58,580 bases of DNA from Parafilimonas sp. (GTDB lineage: Bacteria; Bacteroidota; Bacteroidia; Chitinophagales; Chitinophagaceae): contig JAFBAF010000353.1 of NCBI GenBank assembly GCA_019247895.1, positions 1 to 58,580 on the forward strand. Reading direction: 5' to 3'. Below are positions 18,752-28,224 of the stretch, piece after piece. Every line of letters starts with the position of its first letter. Within the stretch, counting starts at the first letter, position 1. The notes beneath the pieces are model-generated. The model worked only from the letters and a program-made list of their open reading frames with translations. It did not search any database and had not been told where the DNA came from. Made by a program: the position numbers and the translations under genes.

Positions 18752-21370
18752 ATGAAAAAAAATCTACATGCACAAAAAACATTTCGCTATTTAATTTTTA
18801 ATCCTAAAATTTTTTTGATCTTACTTGTTTTTGCAGGAAAATCTGAACTTTTAAAAGCACAAAAGATTCACTATCCTTTATCAATTTCCAGTAAGGATTA
18901 TAAACCCGCTCAAACGCAATCTAAAATAACCACATTAAAGCATCCGGTCAACCTCAGCCCTACAGCAGGTACGTGGACGGCCTTAACTAATTCACCCGCG
19001 TTTGTTTGCGGTGGCGGAATGTTGCTGCTTTCCGACGGAACAGTTTTATGTAAATCTTATGGCGGGGGAACCGATGGCATTGGAAATATTTATACCAGGT
19101 TAACACCTGATGCGAGCGGTAGTTATATTAATGGTACATGGAGTTCGATAGCTCCAATGAACAATACACGTTTGTATTATTCATCACAGGTATTAAAAGA
19201 CGGGAGAGTATACGTTGCAGGAGGTGAATATGGTTCCGGCTTGGCACATGGAGAAGTATACGATCCACTAACTAATGTATGGACGCTTACGCCTGACCCC
19301 GGAACTAATGTAAGTGATGCTAATTCAGAAATTTTGGAAGATGGCCGCGTATTGCAGAATTTAATCGGTGGAGATTTTCTTCATAATGTTATCTACGATC
19401 CGTCAACTAACACATATTCTCCAGGGCCTTCAACGCTTGATTATGCAAATGAATCGGCATGGTTAAAGTTGCCTGATAACAGTATTTTATATGTAGATAT
19501 GACAATCGGTGGCGATGACCATAGTACCGAGCGTTATATTCCTGCTACAAATTCATGGATTGCTGATGCTAACATTCCTGTAAGTATATACGATCCTTAT
19601 GGTTTTGAAGCAGGTGGTGCTTTTTTATTGCCTGATGGAAGAGGCTTTTTTCTTGGCGCTACAGGGCATACAGCATACTATACACCATCAGGCAGTACAA
19701 GTAACGGAACCTGGGCAGCCGGCCCTGATATACCAAATTCACAGGGCACGCCTGATGCAGCGGCAGCAATGATGGTAAATGGTAAAATTTTATGTGCAGT
19801 TTCTCCACTGCCTACTTCCGGCAATCATTTTCCCAGCCCTACGTCCTTTTATGAGTTTGATTATCTCACAAATTCATTTACACAGGTTAGTGCGCCAGGT
19901 GGGGGCACAACAAATAATAATGGCTGCTATATAACTAACATGATTGACTTGCCCGATGGTTCAGTTTTATTTGCGAACCAGGGAACATCCCAGTATTATA
20001 TTTATACCCCTTCAGGCACACCACTTACCACAGGCAAGCCTGTTATAACCGGGATTACACAAACCGGGAGTAATACTTATAGTTTAACAGGTACCGGCTT
20101 TAACGGAATTTCTGAAGGTGCTTCTTACGGTGACGATTGGCAAATGTCAACTAATTATCCAATTGCAAGGCTTACCTCTGGCAGTAATGTTTACTATTGC
20201 CGCACTTCAAACTGGAATAGTACAGGTGTTCAGCGGGGAAATGCTCCTGATAGTGTAACTCTAACATTGCCAGCAGGGTTACCGGACGGTTCTTATTCTT
20301 TGGTAGTTACGGCAAACGGAATCGCTTCTGACCCTGTTTCATTTGCAACAGGATGTCAGCCGCCAATAAATACTTCTGTTTTATCTCTTACAAGTACATC
20401 AGCAGTGTTAAACTGGGAATCGGGAAGTGGTTCAAGTGTAACAAATTATAAACTTAGTTATAAAGTTGGCACAGCATCAACATTTACTACAGTTCCAGTA
20501 CATCATTTGCCATATATTTTAACAGGCCTTAGTGCAAATACGGTTTATAAATTTAAAGTTCAAAGTGTTTGTACAGGTAATACAAAAAGCGATTACACAG
20601 CACTTTCATCATTTAAAACATTGCATAACGGAAATGTTTCTTATTGTACAACTAAAGGTGTTACTGCTTACGAATACATAAATAAAATTGCTATTGGAAG
20701 TATTAACAACCTAAGTGGTGACAACAGTGGCTATGGCGATTATTCAGGATTAAGTACAGATATTGCTGTTGGCAGCTCGCCAAGCATCAGGCTTACTCCG
20801 GGATTCCAGGGTAGCGCTTATGATGAATATTGGGAAGTGTATATCGATTATAATCACAACGGATGGTTCGAGGATGCAGGTGAAAAGGTAGCAACCGGTC
20901 ATAAAAATGCCGCACTAACCAAAACATTTACTGTTCCGCTTACAGCAACCCTTGGTACAACACGGATGCGTGCAGTTATGCATTATGGTGGTTACTTGGG
21001 TTCAACATGCGGAGACTTTTCTGATGGCGAAGCAGAAGATTATACTGTAAATATAACAGGCAGCGGATTTGCAGGAATTGCACCGGATGCCTCTGAAGCA
21101 TCTGTAGCCTCTTCGATTATTATTGTACCTAATCCAATCAAATCTTATTCGGCAACAGCAATATTAAATTTGACTAAGCAAGGCAGCACTTCTTTACGCA
21201 TTACTGATCTTACAGGGAGAGTTTTGTATGAAATAAATTGTACAAACCTGCATACTGGTAAAAACACGATTGATTTAAAGGACCTAAAAATTAGTAATGG
21301 AGTGTTCGTGATTGTGGCAATGCAAGAGAATGCAATAATTGCAAGATCGCAAATACAAGTTTCAAGGTAA
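18752..21370 (+). CDS. T9SS-secreted protein: Kelch-like propeller + Ig-like + FN3 + GEVED + C-terminal sorting domain
   Basis: Repeated L(L)xDG and Y(D/T)P..N.W blades, an FN3 signature (LTGLSANTVYKFKV), GEAEDY, and a CTD beginning IVPNP. Confidence 0.85.
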   Translation: MKKNLHAQKTFRYLIFNPKIFLILLVFAGKSELLKAQKIHYPLSISSKDYKPAQTQSKITTLKHPVNLSPTAGTWTALTNSPAFVCGGGMLLLSDGTVLCKSYGGGTDGIGNIYTRLTPDASGSYINGTWSSIAPMNNTRLYYSSQVLKDGRVYVAGGEYGSGLAHGEVYDPLTNVWTLTPDPGTNVSDANSEILEDGRVLQNLIGGDFLHNVIYDPSTNTYSPGPSTLDYANESAWLKLPDNSILYVDMTIGGDDHSTERYIPATNSWIADANIPVSIYDPYGFEAGGAFLLPDGRGFFLGATGHTAYYTPSGSTSNGTWAAGPDIPNSQGTPDAAAAMMVNGKILCAVSPLPTSGNHFPSPTSFYEFDYLTNSFTQVSAPGGGTTNNNGCYITNMIDLPDGSVLFANQGTSQYYIYTPSGTPLTTGKPVITGITQTGSNTYSLTGTGFNGISEGASYGDDWQMSTNYPIARLTSGSNVYYCRTSNWNSTGVQRGNAPDSVTLTLPAGLPDGSYSLVVTANGIASDPVSFATGCQPPINTSVLSLTSTSAVLNWESGSGSSVTNYKLSYKVGTASTFTTVPVHHLPYILTGLSANTVYKFKVQSVCTGNTKSDYTALSSFKTLHNGNVSYCTTKGVTAYEYINKIAIGSINNLSGDNSGYGDYSGLSTDIAVGSSPSIRLTPGFQGSAYDEYWEVYIDYNHNGWFEDAGEKVATGHKNAALTKTFTVPLTATLGTTRMRAVMHYGGYLGSTCGDFSDGEAEDYTVNITGSGFAGIAPDASEASVASSIIIVPNPIKSYSATAILNLTKQGSTSLRITDLTGRVLYEINCTNLHTGKNTIDLKDLKISNGVFVIVAMQENAIIARSQIQVSR

Positions 21371-21402
21371 TTTTTTTTACAAAAAGCTTTTTAATAGTTT
21401 AT

Positions 21403-21432
21403 CAGAACCGCTTAACAAGCGGTTCTGTTTTT
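21403..21432 (+). terminator. Intrinsic terminator
   Basis: 11-bp stem CAGAACCGCTT/AAGCGGTTCTG followed by TTTTT. Confidence 0.85.
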
Positions 21433-21553
21433 ACATACAACATAATAAATTCAATCTCCGATCAATTAACAATAAAATATTTTATAAATATTTAGTCAAC
21501 AATATTATTCAATCTTCTTTACGCTAATTTTACCTCTTTAAATAAAAACAATT

Positions 21554-22315
21554 ATGGCACTTTTTCAGTCGGGAAACCCGACTTTATCTCAAAAAATTTT
21601 CAGTCGTTCTATTACGCAGGATGAGGCCGGCACAATGACGGTGCGTGGCTCGATGGCAAAGTTTGGATTTTTATTGTTTATGGTATTGGCAGGCGCAGTA
21701 TATACCTGGTATTTGTATTATAATAATCAGCCGCAAACTATGATGACATTAATGTGGGTGGGGTTGATTGGCGGATTGATCTCTGTTTTTGCAATAAGTT
21801 TTAAACCAACGCTGGCACCTTACCTTTCACCTGCTTATGGAATTTTAGAAGGTTTTGTTTTGGGTGCAATCTCAGCAATTTTAAATGATGCTTTCAGCGA
21901 AAAATATCCGGGACTTGTGTTGCAGGCTGTAGGCTTAACTTTTGGTGTTGCTTTCGCTATGTTTTTACTGTATAATTTCAGAGTAATAAAAGCAACTGAA
22001 AAATTTAAGTCAATCATTTTTGCTGCCACCGCAGGCATCGCTGTATTTTATGTTATTACACTTGTATTAAGGATGTTTCATGTAAACATTCCATTCATGT
22101 ATGACAGCTCTGCCTTAGGAATTGGTCTTTCAATTTTTATTGTAGCAATTGCTGCATTAAATCTTATTATAGATTTCGACATGATAGAAAAAGGCTCAGA
22201 GATGGGCGCTCCAAAATTTATGGAATGGTATGGTGCATTTGGGTTACTGGTAACAATGGTTTGGCTATATATAGAAATTCTAAAATTATTAAGTCGCTTC
22301 GCAGGCAGAAAATAA
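21554..22315 (+). CDS. Bax inhibitor-1/YccA family membrane protein
   Basis: About 7 TM helices; NLIIDFD and EWYGAFGLLVTMVWLYIEIL. Confidence 0.9.
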   Translation: MALFQSGNPTLSQKIFSRSITQDEAGTMTVRGSMAKFGFLLFMVLAGAVYTWYLYYNNQPQTMMTLMWVGLIGGLISVFAISFKPTLAPYLSPAYGILEGFVLGAISAILNDAFSEKYPGLVLQAVGLTFGVAFAMFLLYNFRVIKATEKFKSIIFAATAGIAVFYVITLVLRMFHVNIPFMYDSSALGIGLSIFIVAIAALNLIIDFDMIEKGSEMGAPKFMEWYGAFGLLVTMVWLYIEILKLLSRFAGRK

Positions 22316-22338
22316 GCTCTCATCTTAAAAAAAATATT

Positions 22339-22370
22339 AAGCCGTTTCATATTGAGGCGGCTTTTTTATT
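22339..22370 (+). terminator. Intrinsic terminator
   Basis: Stem AAGCCGTTTCA/TGAGGCGGCTT with two G-U pairs, followed by a U-tract. Confidence 0.75.
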
Positions 22371-22459
22371 TATTAAACTTGCTTTCAATCAAAAATTAGA
22401 TAAATGGTAATGCTGTTATTTGTGTATGCTTTATTTTCACCGCTTTAAAATTTTTTCAC

Positions 22460-24640
22460 ATGAGATTATTGACAATACGATTGCTGCTTCTTTGCATTTT
22501 TTTTAGCGCAGCTATTTATGCGCAGCCACCGCATGGCATTCATTGGTCGGTTGATGGAAATAGCTATTACTCCAGCAATGACGATGGAATCACCCAAATT
22601 AAAATGCCTTCTTTTACCAAAGCTGTTATTGCAACAACACAACAATTAACGCCAAAAGATTCTTCACACGCATTAAAAGCGCGCAACTTTTATTTCAGCG
22701 ATGATGGAAAAAAAATACTGATATACACTAACAGCAAAAAAGTTTGGCGCTACGATACACGTGGCGATTACTGGATTTTAAATACTGCTGATAATAGTTT
22801 AAAACAAATTGGTAAAACATTGCCTGCATCCTCATTAATGTATGCAAAATTTTCGCCTGACGGCAACAGTGTGGCTTATGTAAGCAAGCATAATTTGTAT
22901 GTTGAAGATTTAAATTCAAACAACATTAAACAGCTAACAACAGACGGAACAGACCGTATGATAAACGGAACTTTTGACTGGGTATATGAAGAAGAATTTG
23001 ATTGCCGCGATGGATTTAGATGGAGCCCTGATGGAAAAAGCATTGCATACTGGAAAGTAGATGCGACAAAAATTCCCAACTTTTTAATGATCAATAATAC
23101 AGATTCTGTTTATTCACATGTAGTGCCTGTTGAATATCCAACAGCAGGCACAGATCCTTCACCTTGTTATATTTATGTCGTAAACCTTTCAACCGGTAAT
23201 TCAACAAAAATGAGTGTGCCCGGAGATCCGCAACAACATTATATTCCGCGCATGGAATGGGCAGCTAATTCTTCACAACTTATCATAGAACAATTCAATC
23301 GCAAACAAAATGAAATAAAGATCATGTATTGCGATGCAGCAACTGGCGCAACAAATGAAATTTATACTGAAAGTGATAAAGCATGGGTGGATAACAAAAA
23401 TGCATGGAGTGACGAAAGATTCAGCAATCATTGGGAATGGGTAAAGGATGGAAAAGCATTTTTATGGGTAAGTGAAAAGGATGGATGGCGTCATATTTAT
23501 TTAATAAGCCGCGATGGCAAAACACAAACATTGTTAACTAATGGCGATTATGATATTATTACATTGAAGGGATACGATGATAAAAGTGGTTATGTTTATT
23601 TTATAGCATCTCCGGAGAATGCCACACAAAAATATTTATATCGCACAAAAATGGATGGCAAAAGCAAAGCCGAACGTTTATCTCCTGCTGGTGAAAGCGG
23701 CACACATGATTATGATCTTTCGCCAAACGGTTTATACGCTTCGCATGATTTTTCGAACATCAATACGCCACCTGTTGAAGATTGGGTGAGCCTGCCAAAA
23801 CATACGGTAATTAAAAAAGAAGAAAGCGAAAATAATGGCGGATTTACTTTGCCCCATACAGACATGTTTACCATAACAACTGATGATGGTATAAAAATGG
23901 ACGGATGGATGGTGAAGCCAACCAATTTTGATTCAACAAAAAAATATCCTGTAGTATTTTACGTGTACACCGAACCTGCAGCGCAAACAGTAACAGACGA
24001 ATATGGAGCGTCTTATAACTTTTTATATAATGGTGATTTTGCTGGTGACGGTTACATCTATATAAGTGTTGATGGCCGTGGTACACCGGCACCAAAAGGC
24101 GCAGCATGGCGTAAATCAATTTACAGGAATGTTGGCCGTATAAATATTCATGACCAGGCAATGGCTGCAAAAAAGATTTTGCAGTGGCCTTTTGTTGATA
24201 CAAGCCGTGTTGCTGTTTGGGGATGGAGCGGTGGTGGCTCAGCAACATTGAATTGTATTTTGCAATATCCTGAAATTTATAAAACAGGGATATCAATTGC
24301 TGCTGTTGATAACGAGCTTACGTACGACGATATTTACCAGGAGCGTTACATGGGTTTGCCACAGGAAAACAGGGAAGATTTTATTGCAGGTTCACCAATT
24401 ACGTATGCGAAAAATTTGCAGGGACATTTATTAATCGTTCATGGAACCGGTGATGATAATGTGCATTATGCAAATGCAGAAATGATGATAAATGAACTGA
24501 TAAAGTACAATAAAATATTCCAGTTCATGCCTTATCCAAACCGAACGCACAGCATAAGCGAAGGCACTGGAACTACACAGCACTTGCGCAATTTGTACAC
24601 TACATTTTTGCGGCAATATTGTGCTCCGGGAGGCAAATAA
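22460..24640 (+). CDS. Dipeptidyl peptidase IV (S9B family)
   Basis: Signal peptide, DWVYEEE, catalytic GWSGGG, HGTGDDNVH and C-terminal RTH. Confidence 0.93.
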   Translation: MRLLTIRLLLLCIFFSAAIYAQPPHGIHWSVDGNSYYSSNDDGITQIKMPSFTKAVIATTQQLTPKDSSHALKARNFYFSDDGKKILIYTNSKKVWRYDTRGDYWILNTADNSLKQIGKTLPASSLMYAKFSPDGNSVAYVSKHNLYVEDLNSNNIKQLTTDGTDRMINGTFDWVYEEEFDCRDGFRWSPDGKSIAYWKVDATKIPNFLMINNTDSVYSHVVPVEYPTAGTDPSPCYIYVVNLSTGNSTKMSVPGDPQQHYIPRMEWAANSSQLIIEQFNRKQNEIKIMYCDAATGATNEIYTESDKAWVDNKNAWSDERFSNHWEWVKDGKAFLWVSEKDGWRHIYLISRDGKTQTLLTNGDYDIITLKGYDDKSGYVYFIASPENATQKYLYRTKMDGKSKAERLSPAGESGTHDYDLSPNGLYASHDFSNINTPPVEDWVSLPKHTVIKKEESENNGGFTLPHTDMFTITTDDGIKMDGWMVKPTNFDSTKKYPVVFYVYTEPAAQTVTDEYGASYNFLYNGDFAGDGYIYISVDGRGTPAPKGAAWRKSIYRNVGRINIHDQAMAAKKILQWPFVDTSRVAVWGWSGGGSATLNCILQYPEIYKTGISIAAVDNELTYDDIYQERYMGLPQENREDFIAGSPITYAKNLQGHLLIVHGTGDDNVHYANAEMMINELIKYNKIFQFMPYPNRTHSISEGTGTTQHLRNLYTTFLRQYCAPGGK

Positions 24641-24644
24641 AATT

Positions 24645-24695
24645 ATTATATAAGCGCTTATATAATGAAATTCCGCAGTAATTATTGCGGAATTT
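24645..24695. terminator. Perfect 22-bp palindrome plus bidirectional terminator between convergent genes
   Basis: ATTATATAAGCGCTTATATAAT (24645-24666), then AAATTCCGCAGTAA/TTATTGCGGAATTT (24668-24695). Confidence 0.75.
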
Positions 24696-27074
24696 TTATT
24701 TTGTCACATCAAAAGTGATCATGTTGCTTCCTGCAAAACCATCAGCAGTTATTCCTTGTACAATGCAGGCAAATTTTCCTGTGATATCTGAAGTGTAAAA
24801 ATTAAAACCTGCTTTGCCATCTGCGCCTGTTTCTATTTTAGGCGACCAGTACAAAACATTTCTTAAATCCGGCAAACGATTTTTTATTTGTTCATCTGTC
24901 GAATAAACGGGAGAGTAAAATTCTCTTTCGTGTTGCAGACCGTCAAACTTAACAACTATTTCGCCTGCGGTTAATGGAATATCGGCAAGATCGCCGCGAT
25001 ATGTTGTAAAACTTACAATGCCATCAGTAATTATGTTTCCATAATAATATTTGCGGGCAACAACATCAAGTCTTTTTATTTTTAAAGGATCGAACAGAAT
25101 GATGCGTGTTGCATTTGTTACCGGCATCCCATCAAACAAAATCAACGGATCGGTATCAAAAAAAGTTTTTGTAGAAAAATCAGACACTCTGAAACGAAAT
25201 TGATCTGACTCTTTTCTCACATGCACTTCAGTTACATATTCCCGCATCACCTCTTCCATGCTCGTAAACCTTGTATAATTATCCAAATAGTAACGTTTAT
25301 CAGGCATGCCATAAAACAAAGAAGTATCTTCCGCATCGTATGAATATGCATGTTGTTTTTCGTTGATTAAATACGCATTGTCTGCCTGCACATTAATACT
25401 TCTGAATAACAAATCGTTTTTTGATTGGGCCGGTATTGTGAACGCCGTTGAAGCGTATTGCGAAAATTTATCAGAAAAAGCTGAAGTAATTGTTATCCTG
25501 TAATTACTGTCTGTTTTAACGATGATATTATCTGTGCCATAAAATCTTTTTACGTTAAATAATAACTTGCCGTTTGCATTGCTTTTTGCATCAGCTAATT
25601 GAAAATCTTCACCAGGCACGGTAAGTGTTGCATCGATATTTTGAGCCGGAGCGTTTGATGTATTACTAATTGTTCCATCAATTACAAGTCCCTCATGCTC
25701 AGGCAAAAATTCAAAATATGGTTTTTTATCTTGAAGTAAATTTTCCCATTTAAACCTTCGCCAGCCTTGCGTGAGCATTAAATTATCGGCTGCCTCATCT
25801 GCTTCTTTATCGTTTAATTGAAAATAATATTCCGGCGATGTGATCTTTCCTTTCAACTCAGAACTTAATAATAAATAAGAAAAAATATCATTATAATTTG
25901 AAGTTTGCAATGAATCGATCATAAAAATTGCAACAGACATATTTGCCATTGCAGGCTTATTAAAATGTTGAGAAGTGTTTATCGAAACATTTACAGGCTT
26001 TCTTATTGAATAATGATTGTTATCAGCCTGCAACTGAATGTTTAATCTTGAAGCAGGTTTTTTAAAATACAATCTTTCACAAACAGGTTGTTTGGCTGAA
26101 TTAAATATTGTGATCACACTTATGCCATCTGCTAATTTATTTTTATCAATTATGAAATTCGATTCACCATTTGAAATATTGGCTTGCTGAAAATCTTTTA
26201 AAACATTTTGAGAATGAACCAGCAAATAAGCAATAGCATTATTAGTGTTTGTTGATACTGAAACTTTAATATGATCATCGTCTGTATTTTCAGTATGCAT
26301 TACATAACCTTTCTTATACGAAGCCGGTAGTTGTTGTGTAATTGTAGTGTCTTCAAGTTTAATAATTGCTTTATAATTTTCATTTGACTTTGGAGTGAAA
26401 TTGAAACTGCCCATTCCGAACTTCAATGATTGAAATGTTGCGATTGTATTGTTATTTGAATTTGTTACAGCGCCGCTGCAATCAACAGGTTCGCCATGTT
26501 CATCAACAACCTTAAATGCAATTTTGGATTGAATGCCCTCTACTAAATTGCCACCTTCCGGGAAAAAAGATACCTGGTATGATCTTGTTTGTGTTTCGGT
26601 TTTTACAACACCGGGTTTTAAAGTATTTACAATAGTGATCGGTGTTTGAAAAAAATAATCCGCATCAAAATTTTCCATCCATTTTGTGTAAGCTCTCAAT
26701 ACATAATTACCGGAAACAACATAAGACGGAATAATTAATGAACCATTGCCGCTTCCTTCGTTTAAAGAAATTTTAGCTTGTAAAACAGCTTTTTTTTCAG
26801 CGCTGATAATTTCAACATAAGCAACCCTACTTATGTCTGATGGCTTATGAAAATTCTCATCAACACAATAGAGCTTAAACCAAATGCTTTCACCAGCCAG
26901 GTAAAATGTTTTATCAGTATGAACAAACACTTTCTCATTATAATTGTTGATCTGATAAAAAGTGAATTGCTGTTGCAAACCATTAACTAAAGTTTGGCCA
27001 ATTGCAATATTTGCAATCATATAACCTGCCAAAACAAGAAGAAGTTTTTTATGTAAAGCGTTCAGTTTTCCCAT
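24696..27074 (-). CDS. Large periplasmic protein: MG2 (macroglobulin)-like N-terminus and TonB-plug-like C-terminal region
   Basis: Start reassigned to MGKLNAL (27074), downstream of the upstream gene's stop. EKVFVHTDKTFYLAGESIWFK, FFPEGG, LMLTQGWRRF, PLILFDG and REFYSPVY...DLRNVLYWSP. Confidence 0.8.
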   Translation of the reverse strand: MGKLNALHKKLLLVLAGYMIANIAIGQTLVNGLQQQFTFYQINNYNEKVFVHTDKTFYLAGESIWFKLYCVDENFHKPSDISRVAYVEIISAEKKAVLQAKISLNEGSGNGSLIIPSYVVSGNYVLRAYTKWMENFDADYFFQTPITIVNTLKPGVVKTETQTRSYQVSFFPEGGNLVEGIQSKIAFKVVDEHGEPVDCSGAVTNSNNNTIATFQSLKFGMGSFNFTPKSNENYKAIIKLEDTTITQQLPASYKKGYVMHTENTDDDHIKVSVSTNTNNAIAYLLVHSQNVLKDFQQANISNGESNFIIDKNKLADGISVITIFNSAKQPVCERLYFKKPASRLNIQLQADNNHYSIRKPVNVSINTSQHFNKPAMANMSVAIFMIDSLQTSNYNDIFSYLLLSSELKGKITSPEYYFQLNDKEADEAADNLMLTQGWRRFKWENLLQDKKPYFEFLPEHEGLVIDGTISNTSNAPAQNIDATLTVPGEDFQLADAKSNANGKLLFNVKRFYGTDNIIVKTDSNYRITITSAFSDKFSQYASTAFTIPAQSKNDLLFRSINVQADNAYLINEKQHAYSYDAEDTSLFYGMPDKRYYLDNYTRFTSMEEVMREYVTEVHVRKESDQFRFRVSDFSTKTFFDTDPLILFDGMPVTNATRIILFDPLKIKRLDVVARKYYYGNIITDGIVSFTTYRGDLADIPLTAGEIVVKFDGLQHEREFYSPVYSTDEQIKNRLPDLRNVLYWSPKIETGADGKAGFNFYTSDITGKFACIVQGITADGFAGSNMITFDVTK

Positions 27075-27085
27075 TCTTATTAATT

Positions 27086-28222
27086 CTATCTCCAAAATGA
27101 TGGTCGTTGATTTGTGCCTCCATGTGTTGTACAATCCAAACAAATTTTTTGTGCTATTACTATATCCGGCCCTGAAAAGAAAAACGCTGTATAATCAGGA
27201 TCTGTATAATAGTAATGACTAAAATCATTTGGGTCCTGCGGAATCGTTTTTTGATCGCAGGTATCAGAACCTATATTCCAGTTCGTTAAATCTTTGTGTT
27301 CGATAAACATTCTTTTTTCTGTTTCTGAAGAAGCATTTATAAAACCAATAACAGGTTCTGTCGGGTCTGATTCGCAGTGAACATTTCCAACCAATTGGCC
27401 AGGCTGCACATCAAAAAGGCCACCGCGGTCCTGCGAATTTTTTTGAATAATGCCCCAATATTTATAGGCATCAGCAGATATGCCACGTTGCCTTACCAAT
27501 ATGCTATAGCGCACAAAAATCTTTTCATCATTTTGAGGCACTGTTGCAATCTTCGCGTGATTAATTACATCATCTGATAAAGCAACTGAAGACCCGGTTA
27601 AAATATCAGATGACAGATCGCTTTGCCAGCAAGAATCAATCTGGTCAGTTGTATCAGCTACAAAAATGTGATCGCCTTTCACTACATAATAACCCTGCAA
27701 AGGACTTTTATATTCCCATGTTTCTGTATAATCCCATTTATAATAATGCGTACTGTTTGCAGGATCGTGTGTGTATAAATAAATATGTACATCGCCTGGC
27801 TGCTGCCATGTTAAAGAATCAATTTGCGGTGTGTTTGTGCAGGCAGCCAAATCTGAAATATAATTTTTGCCGTTTGCGGTTGTAATTTTTAACTGGTATG
27901 TTTTTGAAGTATTAAGATTTAACGCCGCACTTTGATAATTGCCATTTCCTGTTTCAATTAATGGATAAGTTGAGCCATCATCTGCAACAATTTGTATTGA
28001 AGCGCCTAATTCAGGATCAGTTTCAGCAGTTGAATCTGAAATGCTTCTTGTTCTGCTAAGTATAATTGTTGTGATTTGATTTGCACCTGCATTTATAAAT
28101 CCATCAACAACCAAATAATTATTTTTTGCCTGTAAGGCAGGAGGATTATACGGTTTAACGCAATGCGCAAAAACAATTACAATAATTATTGCTGAATAAT
28201 ATTTTAAAATAAATGTACTCAT
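27086..28222 (-). CDS. DUF4249-family lipoprotein
   Basis: Start reassigned to MSTFILK (28222). Lipobox-like FAHC, LVVDGFI, GGLFD.QP.QL.GN, EPVIGF, C.DC and RPSFW. Confidence 0.82.
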   Translation of the reverse strand: MSTFILKYYSAIIIVIVFAHCVKPYNPPALQAKNNYLVVDGFINAGANQITTIILSRTRSISDSTAETDPELGASIQIVADDGSTYPLIETGNGNYQSAALNLNTSKTYQLKITTANGKNYISDLAACTNTPQIDSLTWQQPGDVHIYLYTHDPANSTHYYKWDYTETWEYKSPLQGYYVVKGDHIFVADTTDQIDSCWQSDLSSDILTGSSVALSDDVINHAKIATVPQNDEKIFVRYSILVRQRGISADAYKYWGIIQKNSQDRGGLFDVQPGQLVGNVHCESDPTEPVIGFINASSETEKRMFIEHKDLTNWNIGSDTCDQKTIPQDPNDFSHYYYTDPDYTAFFFSGPDIVIAQKICLDCTTHGGTNQRPSFWR

Positions 28223-28224
28223 CG

